Source: Rhynchopus sp. YZ270_cl-10 (Eukaryota). Taken from it: 64,000 nt of DNA. The notes under the pieces are model-generated. The model worked only from the letters and a program-made list of their open reading frames with translations, did no database searches and was not told where the DNA came from. Location: positions 1 to 64,000 of the forward strand of contig OZ037848.1 in the NCBI GenBank assembly GCA_964035575.1, given 5' to 3'. Position 1 is the stretch's first letter, and each line of letters starts with the position of its first letter. Below, in pieces: positions 35,704-48,140 of this stretch. Both the position numbers and the translations under genes were made by a program.

Positions 35704-38355
35704 TTACCACTGCGTTGTGTCATCGGCTTTGTGTTCGTTGTGAGTTGGGGTTTCCTCTCCCGCGTAAGGATCGAAGAACGTAGTGGCTTTAGCTGGTTTA
35801 GCCCCTCTGACCATGTCAGCTGCGGCTTTGTGTTCGTCAAGGCTTGCACCCTGTGCCTGCGTGGGTTTGCTCTGCGCTGCGACTTGCTCGGGAACGTGTG
35901 ACGAGGGGGCAGCCTGGGGCGCAGACGTTTTCGTCCCAGAAAAGACCTCCTCAAACTCATTTGGGTTAGCCTGGTTGATAGGTGCGCGGGGATCCGAATG
36001 CGTGCGCTGTGCACTCACCTGATCAACAGGTGCATGTTTTACCATTTCAGGTGATGGACGCTTAGTATGCACCTGCTCCGTTGCATGTGCATGCCGTGCT
36101 GCATGTTGTTCAACTGGCAAACGTTCTGCTGCACGTTCCTGGTCAGATGATGGATGTTCAGTACGCCTCTGCTCCGTTGCATGTGCTGTTGCACGCTGTG
36201 CACTCACCTGATCAACAGGTGCACGTTTTACACCCAGGTCAGCTGATGGATGTTCAGTGCGCCTCTGCTCCGTTGCATGTGATGATGCACGCTGTGCGTT
36301 CACCTGATCAACAGGTGCATGTTTTACCATTTCAGGTGATGGACGCTTAGTATGCACCTGCTCCGTTGCATGTGCTGATGCGCGCTGTGCACTCACCTGA
36401 TCAACATTTACACCCAGGTCAGCTGAATGTTCAGTGCGCCTCTGCTCCGTTGCATGTGATGATGCACGCTGTGCGTTCACCTGATCAAGAGGTGCACATT
36501 TTACACCCATTTCAGCTGATGGATGTTCAGTGCGCCTCTGCTCTGTTGCCTGTGCTGTTGCACGCTGTGCACTCACCTGATCAACAGGTGCACGTTTTAC
36601 ACCCATTTCAGGTGATGGACGCTTAGTATGCACCTGCTCCGTTGCATGTGCTGTTGCGTGCCGTGCCGCAGGTTGTTCAACTGGCAAACGTTCTGCTGCA
36701 CGTTCCTGGTCAGCTACGCGCCGTGCACCAGGCTTTTCCTGAGGTGTGTTCTGTGGCGGCACAGGTTGCGAAGGTGCCCTGTGGTCGTTGGCATGCGGAT
36801 CATATGTGGATGCTTCATGCTGTTTATAATCCTCGTACTTCCATGCGTCTTGGTCTTGGCCTTGGTAGTGGTCTTCCTCCGGCCATTCGTGCTCATTTTC
36901 AGCGTAGCGGTAGCTCTCGAGAAGCTTTTTGATGAGTTTTGCCTCTTCACCAAGTTGGTAATCCCTTGCGCACGCCTCACCGTTCTCAATCTTGACCCGC
37001 TGTTTTTGCTCCAACAAAACTACCTCCTGCTCCATGTGCAGGTACGCACTCGACAGGTCTGTTACCTCGCCCCCCGCTGCACCCGCTCGAAAGTCTGCGA
37101 GAAGTTTCCGCAACGCCATATCTTGCACTTCACAGGTGGCTGCATGCACCTCCCTCGCCTCTCCTGCTGGCCGCCTCATGTCTGCGTCTGCCTTCTCCAG
37201 TTCGGTAAGCCTTGCCACGTCGTCCTTTGCTGAGGTTCGTGTCTGTGCAGTGAGCTGGTTCAGGAGGTCTCCGCTGCGTGGTGGTGGTATGAACAAGAGG
37301 AGACGACTTGGTACAGGTGGGGGAAGTGGAGTATAAGAAAGAAAGAGCGACACACATACCTTGCCGGCACTGCTGACGTGCCTGCACTGCGCGTGCCTTG
37401 GTTAGTCTTCCTGCAGTATTCATATCTGTTTCGTGTGGTGGTTGACAAGAGGATTGTTGTCTTTTGACTATCGTGACACGCGGTTCTCCATCACCCAGGT
37501 CGGGATGCTTGCAGAACACATCTCTTTCACCACGGTGCGCAACGGCACCTGTTTCAAACCCCATCCCCGCCCCAAAACCACTGACATACTCGAGGTAGCT
37601 GCTCTGATTCATATTGAGCACACTGGTCTGCAGCGGCAGCATCTTGCGTGTCTGTGAGTGCTCGAAGAAGCTGTACGCAAGGCGCAGTGTCCCTTTCACA
37701 GTGTCTTCCACCTCCACGGACTCCGTCACGAGCCCAAAGAGCACAGACTTACCGAGGCGCTGCAGCAGACGTGCTGTCACACCCTCCTCACGTGCTGACG
37801 GCGCCAGGAAAGACGATGTGCGGCCCTGTGGTGAGGGGTGGGTCATAAAGTGAATTGTGAAGCACAGTGAAACCAAGTCGTTGTCAATGCCGGGTGTGTT
37901 TGTTGCTACGACACTCACATTCGAAATACTAGGCATCTTTTTTTTGAAAACTTGGTTGTAGTAGTGCAGCCACCCTAGAGTGTGCTCCACTATTTTTTTG
38001 TGTGCAACCCTTTTGCGACACCAGTGTTGATTTTGGTGCCCTCTTATCTATTAAAACAGTCGAGCAATCCATATCCCCTCTCTAATCCCCTCCCTCATAC
38101 CCTGAACCATCCGATAATATTTTCTGGAAGCTGTGTGAGGGCGCCGTTGGCAAAGACAGGCTGGAAGACTACCGCCTGGATTTCGTACACAGTTACCACG
38201 TCCTTCTCGTCTGAGTCGCCGATTGTCTCCTCATCCCGTTTTGAGCCCACGAGGAAGCCTTCCGATGCGCCCTCTGCCGTCGCACAACCCTGCAGCAGAC
38301 GGGCCAGGGGTGTCCCCGTCACAGCAACCTTACGCTTGCCGCCGTGGTTGCTCAT
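35704..38355 (-). CDS. Abraxas/ABRO1 (FAM175)-like MPN- domain protein with repetitive C-terminus; at least 4 exons, further 3' exons likely down to ~34840
   Basis: 'SEGFLVGSKRDEETIGDSDEKDVVTVYEIQ…NIIGWFR|GRTSSFLAPSARE…VLFGLVT…TLRLAYSFF…VLNM' follows the Abraxas MPN pattern (EGFLLG…ITDS…VVGWY.FR…T.RE…VFLLLT…THRLEHSL…V.NL). GT-AG introns at 38100-37826, ~37589-37426 and ~37359-37274. Confidence 0.72.
36003..36720 (-). repeat. Coding tandem repeats (~22-24 aa units: APVDQVSAQRAT/HATEQRRTEHPS/HATEQVHTKRPSPEM) in the Abraxas-like gene
   Basis: Recurring CACCTGATCAACAGGTGCA and CTCCGTTGCATGTG blocks, in frame. Confidence 0.9.
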
Positions 38356-38791
38356 TGTTGCTGTGTTCTTTGTGTGTGCGTTTTTAATAATCTGTTGGTT
38401 TAGTAACCCCCTTTTGGACAGTGTAGGTGGGTACCTTTTAAGGGCCGCGTCTTTAAAAATAGGGGGGGAGAAAACATATACAGAATAACACAGGGCACAA
38501 TACACGTAAGTGCAAATACCGTTCTTAAAACGCAACGTATACAACTCACTTTCTCACCCGCCTTCCTTTGCGTATGCTGCAGAATTCGAGCGTTATTTTT
38601 TGGAAAAACACGGAAGTGCAAATGGTTCGATAGTTGAAATCCTCAAAAAAAAAAAATCTAAATCATCATAAATCGTTATAACTGTCAACAAAAAGTGTTT
38701 CAAGAGCCAATGCTTTGTCAGAGCCACACGCTGTCCTTCAAAGACGATTCTATGGAAGAACATCGAGGAGCTCACATTGCAACATCACAGT

Positions 38792-41265
38792 TCACCCTGC
38801 AGCGATGCGTCCAAGCTTGCCGACAAACCTCCACTCCTCTTCGCTGGGTGCCCGCAGCAGTCCGCCACGGTTGAGCAGCAGCATCTGGATCTTGTTCGCA
38901 ACGGAGGGGCTCATGTCTGCCGCGTCATCAAGCGCCAGGCGAACAAGCTTCGTGCAGCGCTCCACAACACTCAGCAATGCTTGCGACGCCTTCACACCGA
39001 GCGTGTTGCCACGCAGGTCCAGCGCTGCGAGCTCAGGGTGAGAACCTGAGGCCAGGTCTGTGAGCAGCGTTTGCATGTGGTGGTTCGCGAGGCCCAGGTC
39101 CACCACTGCCAGGCCACGAAGACGATATGCCTTGGAGACGAGCGAGAGGAGGATGAGGACGTACTGTGGAGGGTGGGATGGTGTTCAAAGCATCTGGATC
39201 ATACTAAAGGGTGATTTTTTTTTTTAGAAAACGTCTCCTTTTCTTTGACCTTCCATTCCGAATAATGACCAAAGCTTCATACCTTTGCCCCCAAATACTC
39301 TCTACAGATCCGTATCAGGTGCACCCCATCCTGCAGGACTGCGTGCCTCTGTTGTGTTGCAACTAAGAGCGGCTCGCAACGTTTCAGTCCATTTCTTTTG
39401 CACAGCTCTTCGAGGTACGCACCGTAGGACACACTTGCGTCGTCTGCGTACACCGCACCTTTGAGCTTCACATCCGCCTTTCGCTGCAACGGCCTTAATG
39501 CGGTGACCGCAGCCTCGTACACCTCCGGCGTCACATCCTTGGTGATGTCCCGCAAAGTACCGTCAACCCCTTCAGAGGCGACCAATGCTAGCTTCGGTTT
39601 TAGGGCTCGTTTGCCTGGCCTCTGCCGCTCTGGGGGTTCGTGGTACTTTAACGCATATACGCATTTTGATAGGCGAGCACCACCTTGCTCTAAAGGGTTC
39701 TTTGATGGCAATGCCGACGACCTGAGGTGTTCGACTATGTCGAGGGGCGACATCTTGGCTCGGTTTTGCTTGACAGCGGAGGCGCCGAGGTTGAGCAATG
39801 CGATGATGAGCTTACTGCTGCACATCGCCCTGGCAGCGTAGTGGAGAGGTGTGTTGTCCTTGTCATCAACAAGGCTGATGGGGAGGGAGTGACGTTCCAC
39901 CAGATATTCCAGGGTGTTTGTGACCAATAACTCATCGGGGTGCGGGAAGGCGCAGAGATAGTGGAGCGGCGTGCGTCTGTGGTAGTCCTGCTGTATGGGA
40001 TCTGCACCCAGCTCCGCGAGGTAGTCGAACACCTGGCGTTGGCAGGACGCCATCGCATAGTGGATGCACGTCGCCCCAATGTCGTTCGCATGCTGCAGCG
40101 CTTCTGGTACGGTGTCGACCACAGCCTGCAGACATTGCAGCTTGCAGCACATCATTTCTTCTTGACTTTCAACAAACCCCACTGCACTCAGAGGCGTCAG
40201 ATATGCGCCAGACATAATAGGGGATATGCTGTTATAGAACGCCCCCTTGGCGTTCTGTAGGAAGAGCGGGTGGACACCCAGGGAGAGAAGCAGGGTGGCG
40301 ATTTCGATGCGGTTGTGGGAGACTGCTGCGAAGAGGAGCGAGGGCCAGGGGTGCGCATCGCAACTGTCATTGCCATGCTCTGCAGGATCCGCACCCAGTG
40401 CTGCCGTGTCGGTCAGTGCGGTAAAGGTTTCGACCCAATTCTGCCAAATGAGAAGCAAAGGAAGTGTGGCATGCTCCCTCCCTCGCAATGCCGCCACACA
40501 AGGCAGCAGTTCGTGGTGGATATGAGTGGTCAGCAGCGCAGGCAAGGCGTCGTTCCGTTCCTCCCGTTCCAACACCGTGTGGATAAGGGTCACGTCAAAG
40601 TCAGGGTTCGGCACCCCACCAAGAATCCTTTCGTGAGGAAGACCCAGAATTTCGCGCACCACCCCGGCAGCCCGCTGGGTCTGCGTTTCCACCACGGCGA
40701 CGTCCTGCTCTCTTCTGAGGCGGGCAACTCTTCTGCATGCGACGTAACCACGGTAGGTCTTTTGGACAGACGTTGCAGCCACGGTGCGGACTTCGGAGGT
40801 GTCCCTTGCGGTGAGACGACGTATCTTTTTACGGCGCCTTTTGTGCAAAACATTGCGCGCAGAGAAGCAGCGGAAGCACCGTTGTATCTTTAAAGCGTTC
40901 GCAGCAAGGTGCCTCGTTGTGAGCACATCATGCGCAGCATCAAAGCAGCCAGCCTCCTCCTCAAGAATCAAACTCCGGTGCACATCTTCGAACACAAGAA
41001 ACTCATTGATGCGGGTCGCAGCTGCGGTGTCGCCAAGCACAGCATGGCTGACCTCTCTCTGGTGAGCGCGGGCTTCCAGCACCGCAAAGGCAGCAGACTC
41101 GTCTAGTTGGAGGTCCCATCGCCAACGGCCCTCCTTTTCTGCATGAGCACTGCGTGCAACGTGACGTTCGTCACATAGAACCATCAAGGCAAGGGGCTCA
41201 AGGTGTTCAGTACCACATTCCGAGAAGAGCATAAGAAGCTCACCTCGTGGGAAGGAGACTTCCAT
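38792..41265 (-). CDS. IQ-motif, ankyrin-repeat and LRR protein; 2 exons
   Basis: IQ motifs (IQRCFRCFSAR, VQKTYRGYVACR); ankyrins (RTPLHYL, NTPLHYAA). Intron ~39282-39164 (GTATGA…CACAG) joins an exon with LRR 'LAALDLRGNTLG'. Confidence 0.85.
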
Positions 41266-42144
41266 CAGAGTGATTTACTGATAATGCGAAGATAAGGCAA
41301 TAAAGAAATGGTTCCGCACTTAAAAGTGTTGTCGTTCCCTCCCCTTGTTGTAGTTGATGCGTTGACGCTTCTACACGCCCTGTGTGATCCTGTGGTGTGT
41401 GGGTTAGTGTCGAGCATTGGAAGAGGGAGCTCCATTAGACCCATAAAGAGTAGAGACTTTCGTGTTTAGCACAAAAAACCAAAGAATCATCGAAAATAAA
41501 AGAGTCATTGATGCAGGCACCTCCCGACGCTACAAAGATGTGGCACAATTTCCCTCGCATGCAATACGAAACTTTCTCATTGGGATGTTTGGTAGCTCCA
41601 AAGATGTGTACCCTGCGGTCAACAACAAAAGGTGTAAAAAGAAAAAAAAGTTGACTTGAAATACAACAGCCGCTCTTGACAGTGTAAAGAAAATGCAGCG
41701 TCAAAAAAAGACACAGAACATGTTGCTAGCTTTTTTCTTGTCTCGTTCAACCAAATGAACAAGGTCATTCTGAGACGCACATTGAAGATAGGCTAGAGGT
41801 GTGCGGTCTCTCGATGTGCTTTGTCACTTGCGTGACGACTGACCGAATTATCAGATTACCAAAAAGAAGCGGAAGTTGAAAGTGCAAACGCCCTACGGTT
41901 CATCGGCGGACGCAGGCACTGAATGAAACAAAAAAAAAAAAAAAAAAAACGTTGCAAAAGAAAGTAGAATTCGCACAAGAGAACCAAAATAAAACAGTAT
42001 GTGTACCTCCTGGCTGTGATTTTTTGCAATGGGCTAGGAGAACCACATTTCAGGACAACACACATTCTAACCAAAATAATAATACAAGCACCTCCTCAAA
42101 CACGCATCACATCACCACCACCTTCTCTCCTTCAACATACTACA

Positions 42145-45100
42145 TCACGCAGACCTTGGCGACTGTGGCGGTGATTCGTCGTAGTGTGCATAGTGCAGAT
42201 TGACACCCTCAGCAAGCAGCTCTGCGCACACCGTGCGGCCCTCACGTTGTGCAGCCTCCTGTGGTGTCTCACCTGCGTGATTGCGCTCGCAGCAGAGGCC
42301 TACCCAGATGTACGGTGGGATGTGGGCCGCGAGGACACGCAGTTTCTCAGATGAAGAGCAGAGATGCAGCACATTGTCGCCCGATGCTGTGTGTGCGGTG
42401 CTCTCAGCACTGCACTGCAGGAGACGCTCAAGTGCTGTCGCAGGCACACGCTCCGATGCGGCTGCGGTGTGCACAGGAGACCACCCACGCACCCCACACC
42501 GCACAGACAGATAGCTCACCAAGCGTGGAGACGCCGCAACCTCCGCGTTGTTCAGCTCCTGACGGCGGTACGTGCCCCTCGCAACTTGGTCAAATTGGGA
42601 CAACAAACTAAACGCAGACTCCACGTCATGCTCAAGAAGCAGACAAAACGGGGAGACATGCGGCGACACCTCCCACCCCGCCAGCGCACAGAGTGCAGCA
42701 GTGTCGCAGAAGAACATCTGAGAACGCCACCTATGTCTCAACATAAACGGCGCTGGGGGTTCCTCACTGTCATTTGTCTCGTTGTTCTGTTCGGTCTCTT
42801 CCTCTTCGTCTTCAGCGATCCTTTCTGCGCGAGCGCGTTGCCATTTGTTCAGTCTTTGATCGGCTGTGTTGGTGTCCACAGATGGCGTGATGCAGTCGCA
42901 CTGCACTGTCTCTCCCTGCCTGGCACTCACATATCGCCCTTTGATGTTTGCCTGTATGATCGGTGGACGCTGCCGCTTTGCCCTTGCAGCCTCTCTCTGC
43001 AAACGCTTAGGGGTGAAGCCGAGGAATGGGGCACATGCTTGTGTTCTGAGGTATTTGCGCTGCACGGTGCGGCGGGAGGCAAGTGATTGGCAGTGTCGGC
43101 AGGGGCGGGGCTTTGGTGTATCGGTTTCTTGTTTGCAGCTTGGAGCAGCTGTGGCGGCTGTGGTGGCTACCGCAGCAGCCAGACATATTAGGGTCGCTTC
43201 TGTTGCGCTTTCTTCGTTGGGGGCGGTAGCCGGCACCACATCGTCTGGGTTTTCCTTGGCTGCTGCCCTGGCCACAGCTTCCTCGCGCTGCGCAGCCCAC
43301 TTGCGAATGTCGTTGATGAGCGCCTCGTTCCCGATGCGGAAGCCGTCGTGGCAGAGCGTGCACGTCGTGTGCGGGGGGGTAGTGCTGTCGCTGCCCTTCC
43401 TATGCTCCTTCGCCACAACAGATGCCACCCGTCCCCGTGGCTTCATTGGGAGCACCTCCTCGCGTCTCTGTGCAGCCGCCCACTGGGAGGAGCAGATGCA
43501 GCCAAACGGCTTGCACACAGGAGCGTCCAAGCGCATCGCAGCGCGCAGTTCTGTGTCGAGCTCGTTCTCATCACCCTCGTTGGGCATCTCCACCACGTCT
43601 TCACCAAGGGGTTCGCACGCTATGCAGCTCTCCTTATCCTCTGGAAGCGCAAACCCGGTGCACGCCTCAAGCAGCACTGCGAGCATGTCTGGTGAGTTGT
43701 TCGCAGCATATTCGAAGGGCGACTCCCGCCGCCAGAAGCGCCGCCGTGGCGCCATGGACACACTGCTGGTCCGTGTCACGCTGGCACCTGCTGCCAACAG
43801 CTCCTTCACCACCGAAACATGACTTGTCGATACCCAGTACCGCAGTGGGTTCTCCCTTGGCCTCCGCAGTGCACCAGCTGCAACGGCCTCCCGCAGGCTC
43901 GCACGGTCGTGCCAACCCCACAGAAACGTACGCCGTATACCTTGCACTGTTCGTGTGCAGTGTCTCTGTGGAGTGTCTGCAAGATCAACACCAAGCTCGA
44001 AAGCAGCACGCATAGCTCTTATCGGCCCCGTAGCGAACGTCATAAAAGCGTTCATGCTAAGAAGTGAATCGTGTGGGAAAAAATGGGGCCAAAGAGCCTG
44101 AACCACAGCACGGCTCGTACAGCCAACCACCAACGGGTGTTGGGTAAAACCATGTCCATATCCGAGCAGAACGTTGGCCCCAGCTTCTAATAGAACGGAC
44201 ACTGTCTCGACAGATCGAGAACGTGCTGCATGGACTAGCGAGGTAGTTCCGTGGGCATCAAATGAGTTGACGGCAACTCCATGGGAGAGTAGAACATCGA
44301 CGATGCGAGAATGGCCGAGGGAGGAGGCCGTGTGGATGAGCGGAAGCTGTGGACGGAGGCTGCGGCAGTGTGGGTCAGCGCCGTGTGCGAAGAGGAGGTA
44401 GAGGAGAGCTTCGGTGTCTGGGCGTACTATGGTGATCGCGTGCTTTGCGATGTCGGCTGGGATCATGCGCACCCATGCTGAATCATGTGCCGACTGCGGT
44501 GGTGCAGCACTGCTGCCTCTCCTCTGCAGCACAGTTGTCACCATATCCAGCTTCCCCAATGCCACCACAGTCTCCAGCACCGTCACAGTGCAGGCCAGCG
44601 ACGCACCCACTGCAGTCTCAACAGCAACAAGCATCGACCATCCTCCCAGACACACTGCCCTGTGGAGGAGCTCCTGCAGGAGGCCAGCAGGGGCAGCCAC
44701 AGCACCCCGCTCCGCAGCTCGCTCCGCAGTTCTCACCGCCGCCGCCATGAGAGGGAACACACACCGCGCACCAGCGGGGTTCCCCACCTTGCAGAGCTGC
44801 GGGTCCGTCAAGCACGCACCTTCTTCTATCAGCAACGCCGCAGCTTCGACCTCCCCTCTGTTCGCAGCGAGGAACAGCGGTGTCGACCCTGATGGTGTCC
44901 AGTTCACCATAAAGCTGCGGGATGTTCTGGGCAACGCCTGCAGCACTACACGCAACACCTCGACACCACGCACCGCAGCACGTTGCACAACGCTTGAACG
45001 GGTGAGCACCCCAGGACGCATCACCGCGGCCGCTTCTCTTTCGCTCCCAACCGATATCAGCACCCCCCCGGCTGCGAGAAGGTCCGTTATGACCTCATGC

Positions 45101-45603
45101 CCTGCATAGGTGATGGCATGCGAAATGACAGAGATATGACGGCCATGAAGGGGCACTACTGCGTTTGGGTCCATTCCGCAGGAGAGGAGGATTGCAACAG
45201 AGGTGGCAGCGTTGTGGCGGACTGCTTCGAGGAGGGCGTTCCCACGCTCCATGCGCAGGTTGTGGAAGATGTAGTCTGTGTCGGCAAGCCAGCGGAGCAC
45301 CTCTGGGTCGCGTGCGTAGAGGAACGGCGTGAAGCGGGAGATGACAATGCCTCTAGCCTGGAGCTGTGCTGCCGCGTGCGATGCAGGATCGCGCACATAC
45401 TGCAGCACATCCCCACAGCACAGCCCCTGCACATCGTCCGTTGTGCTGACCCGTGTCCCCTTGTGCTCCAACACACAATGCTCACCCTGCAGCCCAGTCT
45501 CCTCCTCAAGATACGCAAGCAACCCAGGAAGGACCTGCGATGGGTCGTCACAACACACTTCGTACACAAGACTGCCGCCGTCCCATTCAATTGTGAGGTC
45601 CAT
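42145..45603 (-). CDS. 1152-aa ankyrin-repeat protein with N-terminal ubiquitin-like domain
   Basis: GSTPLFLAANRGEVEAAALLIEEGA, LIHTASSLGHSRIVDVLLSHGV, GTTSLVHAA, SPVHTAA, GETP; N-terminal 'LEEETGLQGEHCVLEHKG…GLCCGDVL'. Confidence 0.88.
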   Translation of the reverse strand: MDLTIEWDGGSLVYEVCCDDPSQVLPGLLAYLEEETGLQGEHCVLEHKGTRVSTTDDVQGLCCGDVLQYVRDPASHAAAQLQARGIVISRFTPFLYARDPEVLRWLADTDYIFHNLRMERGNALLEAVRHNAATSVAILLSCGMDPNAVVPLHGRHISVISHAITYAGHEVITDLLAAGGVLISVGSEREAAAVMRPGVLTRSSVVQRAAVRGVEVLRVVLQALPRTSRSFMVNWTPSGSTPLFLAANRGEVEAAALLIEEGACLTDPQLCKVGNPAGARCVFPLMAAAVRTAERAAERGAVAAPAGLLQELLHRAVCLGGWSMLVAVETAVGASLACTVTVLETVVALGKLDMVTTVLQRRGSSAAPPQSAHDSAWVRMIPADIAKHAITIVRPDTEALLYLLFAHGADPHCRSLRPQLPLIHTASSLGHSRIVDVLLSHGVAVNSFDAHGTTSLVHAARSRSVETVSVLLEAGANVLLGYGHGFTQHPLVVGCTSRAVVQALWPHFFPHDSLLSMNAFMTFATGPIRAMRAAFELGVDLADTPQRHCTRTVQGIRRTFLWGWHDRASLREAVAAGALRRPRENPLRYWVSTSHVSVVKELLAAGASVTRTSSVSMAPRRRFWRRESPFEYAANNSPDMLAVLLEACTGFALPEDKESCIACEPLGEDVVEMPNEGDENELDTELRAAMRLDAPVCKPFGCICSSQWAAAQRREEVLPMKPRGRVASVVAKEHRKGSDSTTPPHTTCTLCHDGFRIGNEALINDIRKWAAQREEAVARAAAKENPDDVVPATAPNEESATEATLICLAAAVATTAATAAPSCKQETDTPKPRPCRHCQSLASRRTVQRKYLRTQACAPFLGFTPKRLQREAARAKRQRPPIIQANIKGRYVSARQGETVQCDCITPSVDTNTADQRLNKWQRARAERIAEDEEEETEQNNETNDSEEPPAPFMLRHRWRSQMFFCDTAALCALAGWEVSPHVSPFCLLLEHDVESAFSLLSQFDQVARGTYRRQELNNAEVAASPRLVSYLSVRCGVRGWSPVHTAAASERVPATALERLLQCSAESTAHTASGDNVLHLCSSSEKLRVLAAHIPPYIWVGLCCERNHAGETPQEAAQREGRTVCAELLAEGVNLHYAHYDESPPQSPRSA

Positions 45604-48140
45604 CTTTGTTTTGGTGGAAGTGGAACTGTGGGAGGAGGACTGTGGCGTCGGGGGAGAAAGAGAGAGGGAAAAAAAAAACAGTCAAAAAAAATGCGGAGGG
45701 TTTTGTGTGTTGTTAAGGAATGCTTTTCACCATTTTTGTGTTGTGCCCTGGGGCAACAAAAATGTGGAAAACAGTTAAAAGAAAAGAAAAGGGGCATGGA
45801 AAAAACGATGTGTCGGTAAAATAAAAAACGAAAAACGAAAAACTCGAGAGGGGGAGAAAAGTGAAGTTGATAGTGTTAACGCCACTGGGACGCAGGCACT
45901 TACACTCCGCGGAAAAAGATGAATGTGCAACAATCTCGAACCTAAGAACTCGCAGAAGGATTAAAACAGAATGGATCCGGAGGACCCAGCATTCTGTGTG
46001 GACATAATCGTGAAACTCTACAGGAAACGCGCACAAAAAAAAAAACCAAAAAACAATAAAAAATGTTGAAGAACTGCTCTGAAAAAAAAAGGACCGATGA
46101 TTTGTAACGGCACTCACTACAAAGGGATCTACTTCGTTATCGACAATCGCCCTTAGGACACAGGTTGTTTACCAAAAAACATACGTTGTGAACCAAACAG
46201 TCGCACGACATATTGACCTATCGCTGTGTGTAAAGCGACGTTGCCTCGACTGCATCGAAATATGTGTTTGTCGATACTACAAAAGTAGCATTTATGTTGC
46301 GTGATCGGAGCGCAAGTCTTCACAAAGTCTTTACGGTGACTATACAGCCTTCGACCACACCAAATGTACAATGCACAAGACCACCCTCAACAAATGAGCA
46401 CCCACCGTACCAGAGCTGTCTCAGAACAACAACAAAAAAAAAGACAAAAACCGTCTCTATAGAAGCGGAAAACCCCCAAGAGGGTTAAAAGAAAAGAGAA
46501 AAAAGCTTGAAATATGAATGTGCCTCTTGTGCACACATCAGCAAAAAAAAAAAACGAAAGAAAAGTGGGTAAAAATGAGTCTAAGCTACGCAGCTTAGTC
46601 ACCGAGGTTGTTATTTGGTGTGACCGAAAAGTCAGTATGATACAAGAGGGGTTTCGGGCACACCTTTGTTTTGTTACACAATTTTTGTGGGCAATGGTTG
46701 GTAAATACCACTCCGGGTAAAAAAAGAGAAAAGTTGATAAGATGACTCCAAGTCTCACACGCTTAGCCACCCTTAAAAAAAGTTCGAACCAGTAACTAGT
46801 CACGCTTTTTTTACTAGTGAAAAAGAAAGATGAATGTGTCTCTTGTGCGCATCAAAGAATTGCAGTAAAGATTGACTAATGTACGTACCTAGTAGAGGCA
46901 GACACGCGCCAAAATGACACTTGGAAGACGAAGAAAGAAAAATGCTTGAAAATGAATGTGCCTTTTTATGCACATTCATCAAGATGAAGAAAGAGAAAAC
47001 AACTAAAAATAAAACTTGAAAAGGAACGGGATAAGCACTGCAAAAACCCAGCCTTTTCTTCGAAATGGTACACGAAACGTTGGAACACCGGCACCGTTCA
47101 CGGTAAGTGGGCAAACTCGACGCATTTTACACCAAAAAATTGGGACGACGTTGCCAGCATTGTCAAGACATAATGATTTTACCCCTTCACCACGGCTGCC
47201 TCAATCAAGGCATTTTATCCGTGATCACCTTTCTTGGAAGACCCATACGTTCTGTCAACCTCAAAAGGGAATTCCAAGAAATTCGGGGAAAAAAGAATAA
47301 CAATACAGCTGGAGACGTTTACCCAAAAAATACTTTATTTTTTGCAGTCGAGGGGGGGTTTTGCGTTGGGCATTTTGCTTTGAAGAAAGCAGTATTGCCA
47401 CAACAGTGCCGGTAGTAATTGGGGGGAGGGGGCGGAGGGAAGGGAGGGAGAGAACACAACAACGAAGGAACCCGACACCCACCAGGTGCGTTTCGTAATG
47501 GAAATCATTGCAAACAGCTTGCGCGCAAATATGCACAAAAAGAGCGCTTGGCCACGCAAAGCTTTGTAAAAAATAGAGAGATTGAGATGTGACTCACACC
47601 TCAACACTACACACTGCAATGCGCTGCCTCTCTCAAAACAAAAACAACAAAGATCTCCATCTACGCCTCTAGGCATGTGTACACATGTTACTTCGTCGTC
47701 GTGAACGGAATACAAGACCCACTGGGGGGGTTGGCGGGCGAACTGCTAACTGGGGCTACAACACCCCTGTTGAAGCAATTGGGATTTTGTTTTGGGGGGG
47801 AATACAGTCTAAGAAGTGAATGTTAAAATTAAGCACCGACAATCCACCACTGCCAAGGAAGTGGTAATACAAACGATTGTCGGAAGGGCGAGCAGTTTGG
47901 GTTTTTGTTGCACTGTGTTCTGGGAAGTTATCAAAAGGAAGTATTTTGTTTTTGTAAACTCTAAAAACAACTCCAAGAAGCCTGCTGCTCTAATTGATCA
48001 TGTGGAGATCACAGGGTGGGACATATCAATTTCATTTCACTATTTTCAAAATAATAATAAATAAAAGCATCTTGCCTGAATTGATCATAAGAGAGGTAGC
48101 CTCACATGCAAAACAAGTAATTGATGAACTTTTCTTTTTT

